A stretch of 64,000 bases of DNA from an uncultured delta proteobacterium (GTDB lineage Bacteria > Desulfobacterota > Binatia > UBA9968), in contig CAVTUQ010000002.1 of the NCBI GenBank assembly GCA_963737905.1, positions 192,001 through 256,000 on the forward strand. Reading direction: 5' to 3'. The position numbers and the translations under genes were made by a program. Positions 44,447-54,797 of the stretch are shown one piece after another. Positions within the stretch are counted from its first letter, which is position 1; each line of letters starts with the position of its first letter. Below the pieces are notes generated by a model. The model had not been told where the DNA came from and made no database searches. It worked only from the letters and a program-made list of their open reading frames with translations.

Positions 44447-45358
44447 TCAATCGGTCGCGCTGCCGCGCATAACGAGTACAGGATCGCCTGAATGGCGCAC
44501 CACCTTCTCAGTAACGCTGCCGAGCCCCCAACGCTTCACCCCTGACCTGCCATGCGTGCACATCGTGATCAGCGGGTTAGGGCTTTTACGCGCATAATCT
44601 ATAATTTCATTCGGACCCAGGCCTTCGATTACGACCGACGATACTGTCTGGACTCCCTCGGCCTTGATCGCTTCAATCCTCTTGTCGAGATAATCTTGGG
44701 CCTGTTCTTTGACACGATTTTTAAGTTCTTCGTAGTTAGGAAGGTAATTCTCCCTTCCATAGTAAGCCGACGCAGGCAAATCATACGCTCTGAATAAAAC
44801 CATTCCAATATTGAACAATCGGGCGAATTTCACTGCGGTCGGCAGGACGGACTCCGCCAGTTCGGAACCGTCGAGTGGAACAATGATAGATCTAAGAACT
44901 GCTTCCCCTTCGGTCGGCGCTTCTTCGTTAGCTCTTACTAAAAGCAACGGGTTGGTTGTAGCACGCAAGACTTTCTCCGCAATGCTCCCTAATAGCCAGC
45001 GGCTCATCCCCGATCGCCCGTGCGTGGCCATGGCGATGAGTGTGGTCTTGTCCGCTGCAGCTTTCTCGATGATCATGTCTTCAGGCCTGCCCCTTTCAAC
45101 TGTGCATCTGACGTTGACATCAGAAAAACTGCTTGCAATCTTTTTCAGGTATTGCTCGCTGCTGCATTCGCCTTCAATGATGACCGTGTCTAGGCGACGA
45201 GCTTTCTCTGCAGCAACATGGCTCGCCATCCCGGCAATATAGAGGACTTCCATGAGCTCCACAGGAATCTGAAAAACCCTTGCCAAGATGCGCCCATAGG
45301 GCAAAACATTTTCTGCCGTTTTCGAACCATCCAGCGGTATCAGCATCCGAGTGTACAT
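44447..45358 (-). CDS. Universal stress protein with two USP domains
   Basis: IPLDGS...HGRSG...LGS.AEKV motif set present twice. Confidence 0.92.
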   Translation of the reverse strand: MYTRMLIPLDGSKTAENVLPYGRILARVFQIPVELMEVLYIAGMASHVAAEKARRLDTVIIEGECSSEQYLKKIASSFSDVNVRCTVERGRPEDMIIEKAAADKTTLIAMATHGRSGMSRWLLGSIAEKVLRATTNPLLLVRANEEAPTEGEAVLRSIIVPLDGSELAESVLPTAVKFARLFNIGMVLFRAYDLPASAYYGRENYLPNYEELKNRVKEQAQDYLDKRIEAIKAEGVQTVSSVVIEGLGPNEIIDYARKSPNPLITMCTHGRSGVKRWGLGSVTEKVVRHSGDPVLVMRGSATD

Positions 45359-45403
45359 CTTCTCCTCCTCGTGAGTTGTTCCCGCCAAGAACTCTCCCGC
45401 GCG

Positions 45404-45482
45404 TCAATCGATTCTGACTTTGGCCTTCGCTTCTTCGGTCGTGAGTAATCTTACCTCCAAGATACCGTTTTTGAAACTTCCT
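45404..45482 (-). pseudogene. Hsp20 C-terminal fragment
   Basis: Minus strand reads FQNGILEVRLLTTEEAKAKVRID*; no N-terminus is present. Confidence 0.55.
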
Positions 45483-46086
45483 TTACCTTCTCACTATGAA
45501 CCTCCTTAGGCAAATCAAGGAAGCGCTGATCGGGGCGAAGAGCTCACCTGGTTTCCGAATAACCTGATAGATCCAGTTGAGCCCGAAGAATCCGCCGATC
45601 GCCAGAAGGCCGTACCAGGCAATGGCTTTCTGCCAGCGGGACCGGGAGACCCTTCTGGACCTTTGCCGAAAATATCGCAGCCGGCCGCTATAGACGATCG
45701 CCGTCACGTCAAACCATCAACCTCTCTCGGTCGTTCTGGACGAAGGCAGTACTTTCTTAACCTGAATGTCAATTAGCGGAAACAATCGCTGAATAACGAA
45801 AAGCTAGCCAAGCCTTTAGATTGCGCTGTCGATGGACCGCAAAATACAAGACCCTCGGAGCGGAGTTAAAGGCAGGTTGCCGCCCCAACCCAACGGCGAT
45901 GACATCGGCGTCTGAACCCGTCAACTGTTTACAGGCGCATTGAGAAAGATACGCAAGATTAGAAAGCACGACCCCATTCAACTTCCCGCAACCATGAGCG
46001 CAACATTGACAGATGAGGAAGCTTAACACCGGTGCTTTTCGCTATTGAAGTTGATAGAACGAAGATTGGCCCGTCCGAGCAGGCAG

Positions 46087-46704
46087 ATGAAACCCGCGCA
46101 CTTCTCCATGCTACGCGCCTATCGTGCCGCCGATTTTTTCACTCTGGCTAACGGCGCGGCGGGAACCGGATCGATTTTCGCCGTCATAAGCTACGTGGAA
46201 GCGCCCGACCGCTGGCGGATCTACCTGGCTCTCTGCTTGGTGCCGCTTGCGCTATTGTTGGACATCGCCGATGGGCGAATCGCCCGGCGGCTGAACGAAC
46301 ATTCGCTCTTTGGCGGCGAGCTCGACTCTCTCGCGGATATCGTGAGCTTCGGCGTAGCGCCCGCGGTGCTCGCCTATGGGTTGGGGATGCGCGGCGGTCT
46401 CGACGTGGCTATCCTGTTGATTTTTGTGGCGTGCGGGATCAGCCGCCTGGCGCGTTATAACATTACCGCCGCCGAGATCGCCGCAGCCGGTGATAAGGTA
46501 AAATATTTTGAGGGAGCGCCGATTCCCTCGAGTTTGCTACTCGTTGCCGTGCTCGCCTTCTGCTTCCATCTGGATCTTGTCGCTGACAACTTTCCGCTTG
46601 GCGTGCTCGAAATCGCGTCCCTCCGCTGGCACCCAATCTCTTTACTTTATCTCGTGAGCGGCTCGGCCATGATCAGCAAGACGCTGCGGATTCCGAAGTT
46701 ATGA
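46087..46704 (+). CDS. CDP-alcohol phosphatidyltransferase (PssA-like), copy 1
   Basis: DIADGRIAR...GGELDSLADIVSFGVAP, RLARYN, FEGAPIP. Confidence 0.9.
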   Translation: MKPAHFSMLRAYRAADFFTLANGAAGTGSIFAVISYVEAPDRWRIYLALCLVPLALLLDIADGRIARRLNEHSLFGGELDSLADIVSFGVAPAVLAYGLGMRGGLDVAILLIFVACGISRLARYNITAAEIAAAGDKVKYFEGAPIPSSLLLVAVLAFCFHLDLVADNFPLGVLEIASLRWHPISLLYLVSGSAMISKTLRIPKL

Positions 46705-46821
46705 GCTGAGCAGTCAAAACTCGATCACCTGAATCCCGCGACCAGGACATAGGCGCGTGATTCTGAAAGATACGCAAGATTAGGAAGCCCGATCATCCCC
46801 CTGCCTTGATGAACTATGGCC

Positions 46822-47146
46822 TGCTTCAGACGAACTGTCCGAGGCGCTCGATAACCGTTGGAATAGCCCCACTTACTTGATGTCGTCCCGCTTATACAGG
46901 ATGCAGAACAAGTTGCGGCCGATCCGGCCAAAGCCCATCAAACCCACCTTTGTAGTCATTAAGTCCTATGCTTTTTCTTGACCTGTTCGGGTCCCGGTAA
47001 ATTTTTCCGAACTGACTGCCTGGCCGCAGCCGATCGAGGGATTAGTGCCGTCAGCAAGTTTCTAAGAGGATCGCGGGCTTGTAGGGGTGGTAAGATTTTT
47101 CACCAAACCGGCGTCGGACAGAGCAGTTGGACCCGGATCAATTTTC
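46822..47146 (-). pseudogene. Collapsed gap-operon remnant 1
   Basis: Matches 42136-42198 joined to 44071-~44340. Confidence 0.85.
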
Positions 47147-47238
47147 TAAGTGTTTAAGTGGATTGCTCTCTACCTTAACACCGGTGCTTTTCGCTATTGA
47201 AGTTGATAGAAGGAAGATTGGCCCGTCCGAGCAGGCAA

Positions 47239-47856
47239 ATGAAACCCGCGCACTTCTCCATGCTACGCGCCTATCGTGCCGCCGATTTTTTCACTCTGGC
47301 TAACGGCGCGGCGGGAACCGGATCGATTTTCGCCGTCATAAGCTACGTGGAAGCGCCCGACCGCTGGCGGATCTACCTGGCTCTCTGCTTGGTGCCGCTT
47401 GCGCTATTGTTGGACATCGCCGATGGGCGAATCGCCCGGCGGCTGAACGAACATTCGCTCTTTGGCGGCGAGCTCGACTCTCTCGCGGATATCGTGAGCT
47501 TCGGCGTAGCGCCCGCGGTGCTCGCCTATGGGTTGGGGATGCGCGGCGGTCTCGACGTGGCTATCCTGTTGATTTTTGTGGCGTGCGGGATCAGCCGCCT
47601 GGCGCGTTATAACATTACCGCCGCCGAGATCGCCGCAGCCGGTGATAAGGTAAAATATTTTGAGGGAGCGCCGATTCCCTCGAGTTTGCTACTCGTTGCC
47701 GTGCTCGCCTTCTGCTTCCATCTGGATCTTGTCGCTGACAACTTTCCGCTTGGCGTGCTCGAAATCGCGTCCCTCCGCTGGCACCCAATCTCTTTACTTT
47801 ATCTCGTCAGCGGCTCGGCCATGATCAGCAAGACGCTGCGGATTCCGAAGTTATGA
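47239..47856 (+). CDS. CDP-alcohol phosphatidyltransferase (PssA-like), copy 2
   Basis: Protein identical to copy 1 from the ATG onward. Confidence 0.9.
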   Translation: MKPAHFSMLRAYRAADFFTLANGAAGTGSIFAVISYVEAPDRWRIYLALCLVPLALLLDIADGRIARRLNEHSLFGGELDSLADIVSFGVAPAVLAYGLGMRGGLDVAILLIFVACGISRLARYNITAAEIAAAGDKVKYFEGAPIPSSLLLVAVLAFCFHLDLVADNFPLGVLEIASLRWHPISLLYLVSGSAMISKTLRIPKL

Positions 47857-47973
47857 GTTGAGCAGTCAAAACACGAGCACCTGAATCCCGCGACCAGGAC
47901 ATAGGCGCGTGATTCTGAAAGATAAGCAAGATTAGGAAGCCCGATCATCCCCCTACCTTGATGAACTATGGCC

Positions 47974-48249
47974 TGCTTCAGACGAACTGTCCGAGGCGCT
48001 CGATAACCGTTGGAATAGCCCCACTTACTTGATGTCGTCCCGCTTGTACAGGATGCGAGAACAAGTTGCGACCGATGCGGCCGAAGCCCATCAAACCCAC
48101 CTTTGTGGTCATTAAGTCCTATGCCTTTTTTTTGGCCTGTTCGGGTCCCAGTAAGTTTTTCTGAACTGACTGCCTGGCCGCAGCCGATCGAGGGATTAGT
48201 GCCGTCAGCAAGTTTCTAATAGGATCGCGGGCTTGTAAGGGGTAATAAG
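47974..48249 (-). pseudogene. Collapsed gap-operon remnant 2
   Basis: Same junction as remnant 1. Confidence 0.85.
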
Positions 48250-48592
48250 TGGCCGCCCGCGTGAATAACATGACGATGGCGTTAGGAACGTTTGTCCCGA
48301 CGGGAAGCCTCCCTACATTGTGCCACCGCCGTTTGCTTTTCCGGTCAACTAAACATTTCAAGCTTCTACCCAAACTAGGCTTGTCTTCTCTATCCCAGAA
48401 ACCGAAGATTCTCGGCTCAACGTTGGAATTGCCACTTTACTCTAACCTATCATTTTCTCCATATCTGTCATCATGGAAACGTTCGTGCATGGATTGGCGC
48501 TATCGATCGAATTTTAGTTTACCGTGTCGACAGCAGCTATACATGTGCCATGATTGGGTAGGAGCTTCGTTCGAACGGATGGAGGGAATATC

Positions 48593-49474
48593 ATGGCAAC
48601 CAACATACCTGTAGAGGTGATCAAGAAGCAGAACTGGTTAGAGCCGATTGCAGATCGCTTGCAGCCCACTGTAGCGGCAGCACTTGCCGCTGACGGGCCC
48701 ATCGGACCCAAGGTTGCAAATATTCTGCATGGAACGTGGTTGGGACATCCGTTACACGTAGTATTGACAGATGTGCCGCTCGGTTCCTGGACTACGGCGG
48801 CTGTTCTCGACGTCCTCGAGGAAAGGACCGGAAACAGGGCCATCGGCCGAGGAGCGGACGCCGCAATCGCGGTAGGTCTGGTTGGAGCAGCGGGATCAGC
48901 GATCACCGGATTGGCGGATTGGTCCAGGATCGGCGGCGGCCAGACTCGCCGCATCGGTCTGTCGCACGGATTGCTCAATGCTACCGCCACAGCCTGCTAC
49001 ATGACATCACTATTTCTTAGGCGTGCTCACTCCCGAAGCGCCGGCCGGAGATTTGCTTTGCTCGGTTTAATCGTTTCGAGCGTCGCAGCCTATTTAGGTG
49101 GACATTTAGTGTACAAGGAAAAACTCGGCGTCGATCATACGGCCGACTACTCACCGCCGGAGAATTTTGTTCCGGTCTTGGCCGAGGCTGAACTGCATGA
49201 GAATCAATTGCGGCGCGTAAACGCCAATGGCATGCCCGTCCTGCTCGTGCGAAAGAGCCAGCGCATATATGCCATCGCCGAAACCTGTGCTCACCTGGGC
49301 GGGCCTCTCTCGGAGGGAAAGTTAGAAGATACTACGGTTAGGTGCCCCTGGCATGGGTCGCGTTTTTCGCTCGAAGATGGGAGCGTTGTCGATGGTCCAT
49401 CGGTGCACGCGCAGCCGGTATTGGAGGTTCGAGTACGCGATGGTCAAATCGAAGTGCGCAGAGGGGATCTCTAA
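48593..49474 (+). CDS. DUF2231-type membrane domain fused to a Rieske (2Fe-2S) domain
   Basis: LHGTWLGHPLH, GLADW, YLGGHLVY; CAH...CPWHGSRF. Confidence 0.88.
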   Translation: MATNIPVEVIKKQNWLEPIADRLQPTVAAALAADGPIGPKVANILHGTWLGHPLHVVLTDVPLGSWTTAAVLDVLEERTGNRAIGRGADAAIAVGLVGAAGSAITGLADWSRIGGGQTRRIGLSHGLLNATATACYMTSLFLRRAHSRSAGRRFALLGLIVSSVAAYLGGHLVYKEKLGVDHTADYSPPENFVPVLAEAELHENQLRRVNANGMPVLLVRKSQRIYAIAETCAHLGGPLSEGKLEDTTVRCPWHGSRFSLEDGSVVDGPSVHAQPVLEVRVRDGQIEVRRGDL

Positions 49475-49593
49475 CTCTTTGATGAAATCTAGCAGTCTCC
49501 GCCAAAGGGCGGACGAGTCGTTCGAATCCGTTCAATTCAAAGCTATCGGGCCATCTCCCTCGTTCCCCGGGTCTTGGTATGCTAAATTTAGAC

Positions 49594-50016
49594 ATGGCCC
49601 TCAATATCGTTTCACCGGCAAAAGAGAAATCCCTCATAGAGCGCATGCAGGCTTTGGGTGTTCGGGAACAGGACATCGAGGAACAGTTTGTTCGCTCTTC
49701 GGGAGCCGGCGGTCAGAATGTCAATAAAGTCTCCACCTGTGTAGTGCTCCACCACCGGCCCACGGGCATTCGAGTGAAGTGCCAAAGAGAGCGCTCTCAA
49801 GCTCTCAATCGCTTTTTGGCTCGCAGAATCCTGTTGGATAAGGTCGAGGCGAAGCTAACCGGGGCCCGCACGGCGGCAGAGCAAGAGATAGCCAGGATCC
49901 GCCGCCAGAAAAGAAAGCGCTCACAGCGCGCCAAGCTCAAACTGCTCGCCGATAAGCGCCACCGCACGGAGAAGAAATCCCAGCGAGCCGCCGTGCATCC
50001 CAACCACGACGATTAA
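49594..50016 (+). CDS. Peptide chain release factor-like ribosome rescue protein (ArfB-like)
   Basis: [21 protein letters not shown], basic C-terminal tail. Confidence 0.88.
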   Translation: MALNIVSPAKEKSLIERMQALGVREQDIEEQFVRSSGAGGQNVNKVSTCVVLHHRPTGIRVKCQRERSQALNRFLARRILLDKVEAKLTGARTAAEQEIARIRRQKRKRSQRAKLKLLADKRHRTEKKSQRAAVHPNHDD

Positions 50017-50272
50017 AGCGCTACGGCTGCCGGCAGTTCAAATCTATTTTCCAGTCGATTCGATACTCTCGCAGTCGTCGCCAGAGCTCTTTGCTATCTC
50101 CTCGGCTTTTATTGTAAAGGGAATTTGACCCACTTGTTAATTTCAATACGGTAGTGAAGGAAACATCAGTGAAGCGAGCATTCCTTTTTAGTGTGAGTAT
50201 CATCTTGCTCCTTCACTTCGTCGCGAGCGGAGCGGGGCGAGCGGGTGAGTCTAGACCTACCTGGCAAGTTGA

Positions 50273-50506
50273 GTGGGACAAAACTCCGCCCACTTAAATT
50301 TCCTCCATAAAATATTCAAGCCCGACGCGCGCAGGGAGTTTCTGAGGCACGAAGATCATTCTCCCACTTTCGAAATCGACGAGATGGGCTTCGGCTTTCG
50401 GGTCGCCGCCATCAGGAAAATCGGACCCGACAAGAGTTACGTTCGCATCTCTCAATTTGTCATGCCGTTTATCGGCTGTGTTCCGGTCGGCCGCAATGAG
50501 GGTTAA
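50273..50506 (+). pseudogene. Internal fragment of a Rieske aromatic oxygenase (LigXa/phthalate dioxygenase-like)
   Basis: SAHLNFLH and FG.R.AAIR...YVRISQFVMPF; no Rieske N-terminus. Confidence 0.55.
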
Positions 50507-50558
50507 CTGTCACAATCCGCTGAGCTCTCAGCACGAACTGTCGACGTGGCATTGGTCT

Positions 50559-52076
50559 TTAACTATGCGCCTTGATGAAATCCGCCGCGCGCTCGCCGAT
50601 CATCATGCAGGTCAAATTGGTGTTCGCATGGGCGACCGTCGGCATGATCGAGGCATCGGCGACCCAGAGATTTTCCATTCCATGTACGGCGAGTTTTTGA
50701 TCGACGACCGATCTGGGATCGGAAGCGGGGCCCATTTTGCAAGTGCCGACGCCATGATAGTAGCTCGAGTAGCTTGAGCGCGCGAATTTTTCCCAGTCTT
50801 CATCCGGACCGGGGGATATTAACTCGCCGCAGAATTGGCTCAGGGGCTCGGTATCCATGAGCCTTTGGACGAACCTCATCGCGGCGACCATGCGCCGGAT
50901 ATCTTTAGGGTGCTCTAGCACCTGCGGATCGATCAATGGCAAATCCACCGGATCAGCGCTCGCAAGGGATAAGCGGCCGCGGTTGGTTTGTTCCAAGAGA
51001 TTGCACGAGAAGCCGGTCATGTCGCCCACGCCGGCAATCTGGGTGACCTCCCGCGGGATGATGTGAAAGTCGATAGTGTCGCGCGCCGGATCGCTTTTGT
51101 AGTAGATCTTCAACGTCGAGCGCCCGCGCAATTGAAACTTGGCGTCGTTGTTTTTCGCTTTTGCGGTGACCGTGACCATCGGATGGTCCTGGTAGTTTTG
51201 GCCGATGCCTTCGAGTGCATGGATGACAGGTATGCCATGGCGCGCGAGTTCCGCGCGCGGGCCGATGCCCGACAGCATGAGGATTTGCGGTGAATGATAA
51301 ACCCCGGCGCTGAGCACGACCTTGTCTGCCATGGCCGTGCATTCTTGACCGGCTTTGCGGTAACGCAATCCACGAGCCTTGTTGCCGTTGAGAATCACAG
51401 ACGTCACCTGAGCTTCGTCGATAATCGTCAGATTAGTCCGCTCTCGCGCGGGTTCGAGATAAACTAGCGCGGCAGATTGGCGCCTGCCGTTTTTGATATT
51501 GCTCGCGCGCGGGGCGACACCGTAGGGGTTGGGAATGTTTTGATCTTCGAAGCGCGGAATACCGAGTTTCGTCAATGCCTCCAACATCGCTTGCTCTTGA
51601 GCGCTGATGGGTGCGTCGAACAGATGTTTACGTTTGACGTAAATGGGGCCGGAGTTGCCGTGGATCGGACTGTTGGGGAAATCTTGATCGGACTCCATCC
51701 GGATCAGCACCGGCAAAACTCTGTCCCAAGTCCATTCTGGGTTGCTCTCCGCCGCCCAGGTGTCGAGGTCGGCCTTGATCGGCCGCGGGATTGCCATCAT
51801 GTTGACCGATGAACCGCCGCCGCTGATCCGGCCCGCCAGAGAATAAAATTCGCTGCCGTCGAAATTGCGTCTGGTCGGATACATCATGATGTACGGGCTT
51901 TGAAGCAGAAGCTGGTTGCTCTTCTCCGCGTCCAACACGGTTTCCGGAATCGGCTGCGGATCAGGTCCGGCTTCGAGCAGCAGGACCTTGCGCTTGGGGT
52001 CTTCCGACAACCGAGCTGCGATCACGCAACCCGACGAACCCCCACCGGCGACGATGACATCGTAATGATCAGCCAT
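50559..52076 (-). CDS. GMC family oxidoreductase
   Basis: GGGSSG..A.RLSE, GGSSVN, LMLSGIG, H.VGTCKMG, ADASIMP, NTN. Confidence 0.93.
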   Translation of the reverse strand: MADHYDVIVAGGGSSGCVIAARLSEDPKRKVLLLEAGPDPQPIPETVLDAEKSNQLLLQSPYIMMYPTRRNFDGSEFYSLAGRISGGGSSVNMMAIPRPIKADLDTWAAESNPEWTWDRVLPVLIRMESDQDFPNSPIHGNSGPIYVKRKHLFDAPISAQEQAMLEALTKLGIPRFEDQNIPNPYGVAPRASNIKNGRRQSAALVYLEPARERTNLTIIDEAQVTSVILNGNKARGLRYRKAGQECTAMADKVVLSAGVYHSPQILMLSGIGPRAELARHGIPVIHALEGIGQNYQDHPMVTVTAKAKNNDAKFQLRGRSTLKIYYKSDPARDTIDFHIIPREVTQIAGVGDMTGFSCNLLEQTNRGRLSLASADPVDLPLIDPQVLEHPKDIRRMVAAMRFVQRLMDTEPLSQFCGELISPGPDEDWEKFARSSYSSYYHGVGTCKMGPASDPRSVVDQKLAVHGMENLWVADASIMPTVAHANTNLTCMMIGERAADFIKAHS

Positions 52077-52207
52077 TGAAATCTCCGATAGATTTTAACG
52101 CATAGCGTGTTTAAAATGACTTCAAGGAATTTCTCCCGCTAAGCACGTCCTGAGCAAAGTCGAAGGGGCGCCAAAAGCGCAAGGTACGAGTGCTATAGTG
52201 AAAGGTT

Positions 52208-52244
52208 CCCTCTCCCTTTTGTGGGAGAGGGTTAGGGTGAGGGG
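52208..52244. repeat. CCCTCTCCC-N6-GGGAGAGGG palindromic intergenic element
   Basis: Perfect 9-bp stem followed by ttagggtgagggg. Confidence 0.6.
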
Positions 52245-52305
52245 TAGTAACAGGCGTATTACGACATTACACTCGTGGCGCTGAATCTCAGAGTCTTATG
52301 ACCAA

Positions 52306-53538
52306 CTATCCGACCGCCCGCACCTCCTGCCGCCCAAACTCGGCATCAGCCGCCTTTTTGAAATCCTCCTCCTTGAAGGAGTAGAGTCCAGCGCCTCCAA
52401 GAAAAATCTTCGCGGCTATCTCTCTCGGCACGTTCTGAAGCAGGTTGCTTGAGACGTTGGGGAAGTTGGAGTCGAAGTGGGGATAGTCCGTCGAAATACA
52501 CATGTGATCGGCGCCAATGAGGCTGGCCGTGGACGCGATCTCGGGTTCGCTGCCCTCGACTGCAGCCCAGCAGTTGCGTTGAAAGTACTCCTTGGGTGTC
52601 AAGGACAAGTAGGGCGCATGGGAATCCCGGTAGTTCGCATAGTCCCACTCGATGCGGCTGAGCAACCCAGGCACCCACGAGTTCTGCGCCTCCAGGTAGC
52701 CCACCCGGAGCTTGGGGTGGAACTCGAAAACCCCGGAGATGATCTGCGCGATCAAGGCCTGCTGCATCTCGATCCAATGGCTGGCAACGTGCCGGTAAAA
52801 CCGGTTCTCCCCATAGAGCTCGTTCATGTGGGAGTACCAGGCGCCCGTCCCCTCATGGAAGCACCAGGCGACGTCGAGCTCCTCATGAAGGCTGTACAGG
52901 GGATCCCAGTAGTTCGAATGCCAGTAGTGGCCGTTTAGCAGGTTAGGGCGAATAAACGAAGCCACCGCGCCCAGTTCACGAACACAGCGCACCAGTTCCT
53001 GGCAGGCCAGGTTGACATCATGTAGTGGAAGCATGGCAGCGAATTTTAATTGGTTGGGACTGTGCTGGCAGAACTCGTGGATCCAATTGTTGTAGGCCTG
53101 GCTCAGGGCCAGGGAGAGTTGTGGGTCCATTCCGTTCCGAGAAAGGAGGCTGAGACCACCGGTAGGGAACAGGACCGCGATATCGATTCCTTCCATTTGC
53201 ATCCCCATGATTTGGGCTTCGGCGTCATAATCTCGCTCGATGGCGAAGCGCAACCGCCCTGTCGCAGCCGAGCGGGAGGCCGATAGCTGACCCGTGGCAC
53301 TCCCGATAATAGGGCCACTGGCACGCGATGATGCGGGCTTTTTGCGGTGTTGCTGCAGCTCCACGTCCATGGAGGCGGGCAAGCCATCGATGTTCCACGA
53401 CCGGCGGCTTAGTTTCCCGTCCGCGCCTACTGCCGACGTGACCCGGGACTTGAAGGCCGGGTCCAGGTACTTCTCAAAAATATCTCCCGGCTCCTGGACG
53501 TGCATGTCACTGTCTACGAACCTCAGTCCTTCTTTCAT
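52306..53538 (-). CDS. Amidohydrolase_2 family protein
   Basis: VDSDMHV, AYNNW, FH, HPKLRVGYLE, STDYPH. Confidence 0.9.
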   Translation of the reverse strand: MKEGLRFVDSDMHVQEPGDIFEKYLDPAFKSRVTSAVGADGKLSRRSWNIDGLPASMDVELQQHRKKPASSRASGPIIGSATGQLSASRSAATGRLRFAIERDYDAEAQIMGMQMEGIDIAVLFPTGGLSLLSRNGMDPQLSLALSQAYNNWIHEFCQHSPNQLKFAAMLPLHDVNLACQELVRCVRELGAVASFIRPNLLNGHYWHSNYWDPLYSLHEELDVAWCFHEGTGAWYSHMNELYGENRFYRHVASHWIEMQQALIAQIISGVFEFHPKLRVGYLEAQNSWVPGLLSRIEWDYANYRDSHAPYLSLTPKEYFQRNCWAAVEGSEPEIASTASLIGADHMCISTDYPHFDSNFPNVSSNLLQNVPREIAAKIFLGGAGLYSFKEEDFKKAADAEFGRQEVRAVG

Positions 53539-53922
53539 GGCATCCTCCGTTTCCGCTGTTAATGGGTTACAAACTCACGAAAGCTTCAACGTCGCGCGCG
53601 CATGTCGTGTCACATATGATTTTGATTGAATAGTGCGGCAGCAGAAAACTAGCACCATCCCTCGAAAAATTTCCGCTTACACTCTTCCGAAATAACCGGA
53701 GTGATTCAATCAAATAAGGTGGTCTTATGTCAACCGTTACAAATAGCACGGTGTAAAGCCACGTGCGAAGTCTAACAGGGTTTCGGAGACAGGAGGTTAC
53801 AGATAATGGCATCAGGGATAAAAGGCAAACTTGAGTGGATGGTAAATTCTTGAGGGGATAGCTAAGCATTGCGTTTTGGACCCGGCGACTAAAGGGTCTC
53901 GTTAAAGCGTTGGATCTAAACG

Positions 53923-54197
53923 ATGGCCAAGAACCCAATCAAAATCCCAATCAGCGCCTTTAACAAGACGCATCTTGCAACCCTCAATCGCGCCGTAAAT
54001 CCAAGCTTCCCTTAATCGTGACTCAACGCGTGAAGGCCTGCTGCGGTCTTGCTGAGTGTAAACGCTTACCAAAAGGGCGAGCAAGAACGTAAGATCCTCA
54101 AACTGCTAGCTCTGGGTGAGAGAGAGATCGCCGTTGGCGAAGGATATGATCTTGACGACGTATTGGCTGAAGCTGACGTGTTCTCTCGAAAGCGTGA
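53923..54197 (+). pseudogene. Degenerate Phd/YefM-type antitoxin
   Basis: Across frames: MAKNPIKIPIS...LIVTQR...PAAVLLSVNAYQK...GYDLDDVLAEAD. Confidence 0.6.
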
Positions 54198-54275
54198 GAG
54201 TACGAGGTGCTCAATGAATCAAGTGAGAAGGGGCGAGTGTCGAGTGTCGCGTGGATCGAGACAAAAGAAAAATAC

Positions 54276-54674
54276 ATGAAGAGAAAAATAACGGTCCTTA
54301 CCCTTTGCGCTATGCTCTTTGCGCTTTGCTATTCTGCGTCGGCGCAGCAGCCGAAGAAAGTCCCGCTGATAGGGTATCTATCGAACGGCGTTCCAGCTAC
54401 TGAGTCCACCCGTGCCGAGACAATTCGGCTGGCTCTGCGCCAGCTTGGTTACATAGAAGGACAGAACATCGCCATCGAGTACCGATATGCGGAGGGGAAG
54501 CGTGATCGGTACCCTGAGCTTGCGGACAGAATCCTGAAGGGAGCCAAGCCTGCCGATCTGCCGGTGGAGCAGCCGACAAAGTTCGAGCTGGTGATTAATC
54601 TCAAGACGGCGAAGCAGATCGGCCTGACGATTCCACAGTCTATGCTGTACAGAGCGGACAAAGTGATCAAGTGA
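54276..54674 (+). pseudogene. ABC_sub_bind copy B with an in-frame internal deletion
   Basis: N-terminus up to RYPELA fused to [11 protein letters not shown]...KVIK*; junction near 54525. Confidence 0.88.
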
Positions 54675-54797
54675 GAAGAGGGGTGAGTGACGAGTGGAAA
54701 GAGTAGAGAAAAACATGAAGTAAATCGACTGTAAATCTGGTGCATATCAGCACTAGACTTGCCAAATTATATGCAATTCGGCAATATACTTGCCGAA

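Larger units (their letters stand above)
46022..48249. repeat. Direct tandem duplication with period 1152 bp (pssA-like gene plus mini-gap remnant)
   Basis: 46022-~47095 matches 47174-~48249. Confidence 0.93.

Noticed and set aside
53621-53714. 11-bp inverted repeat TTTGATTGAAT/ATTCAATCAAA
   Set aside because: AT-rich and about 70 nt apart; could be chance or an ordinary operator, with no further support
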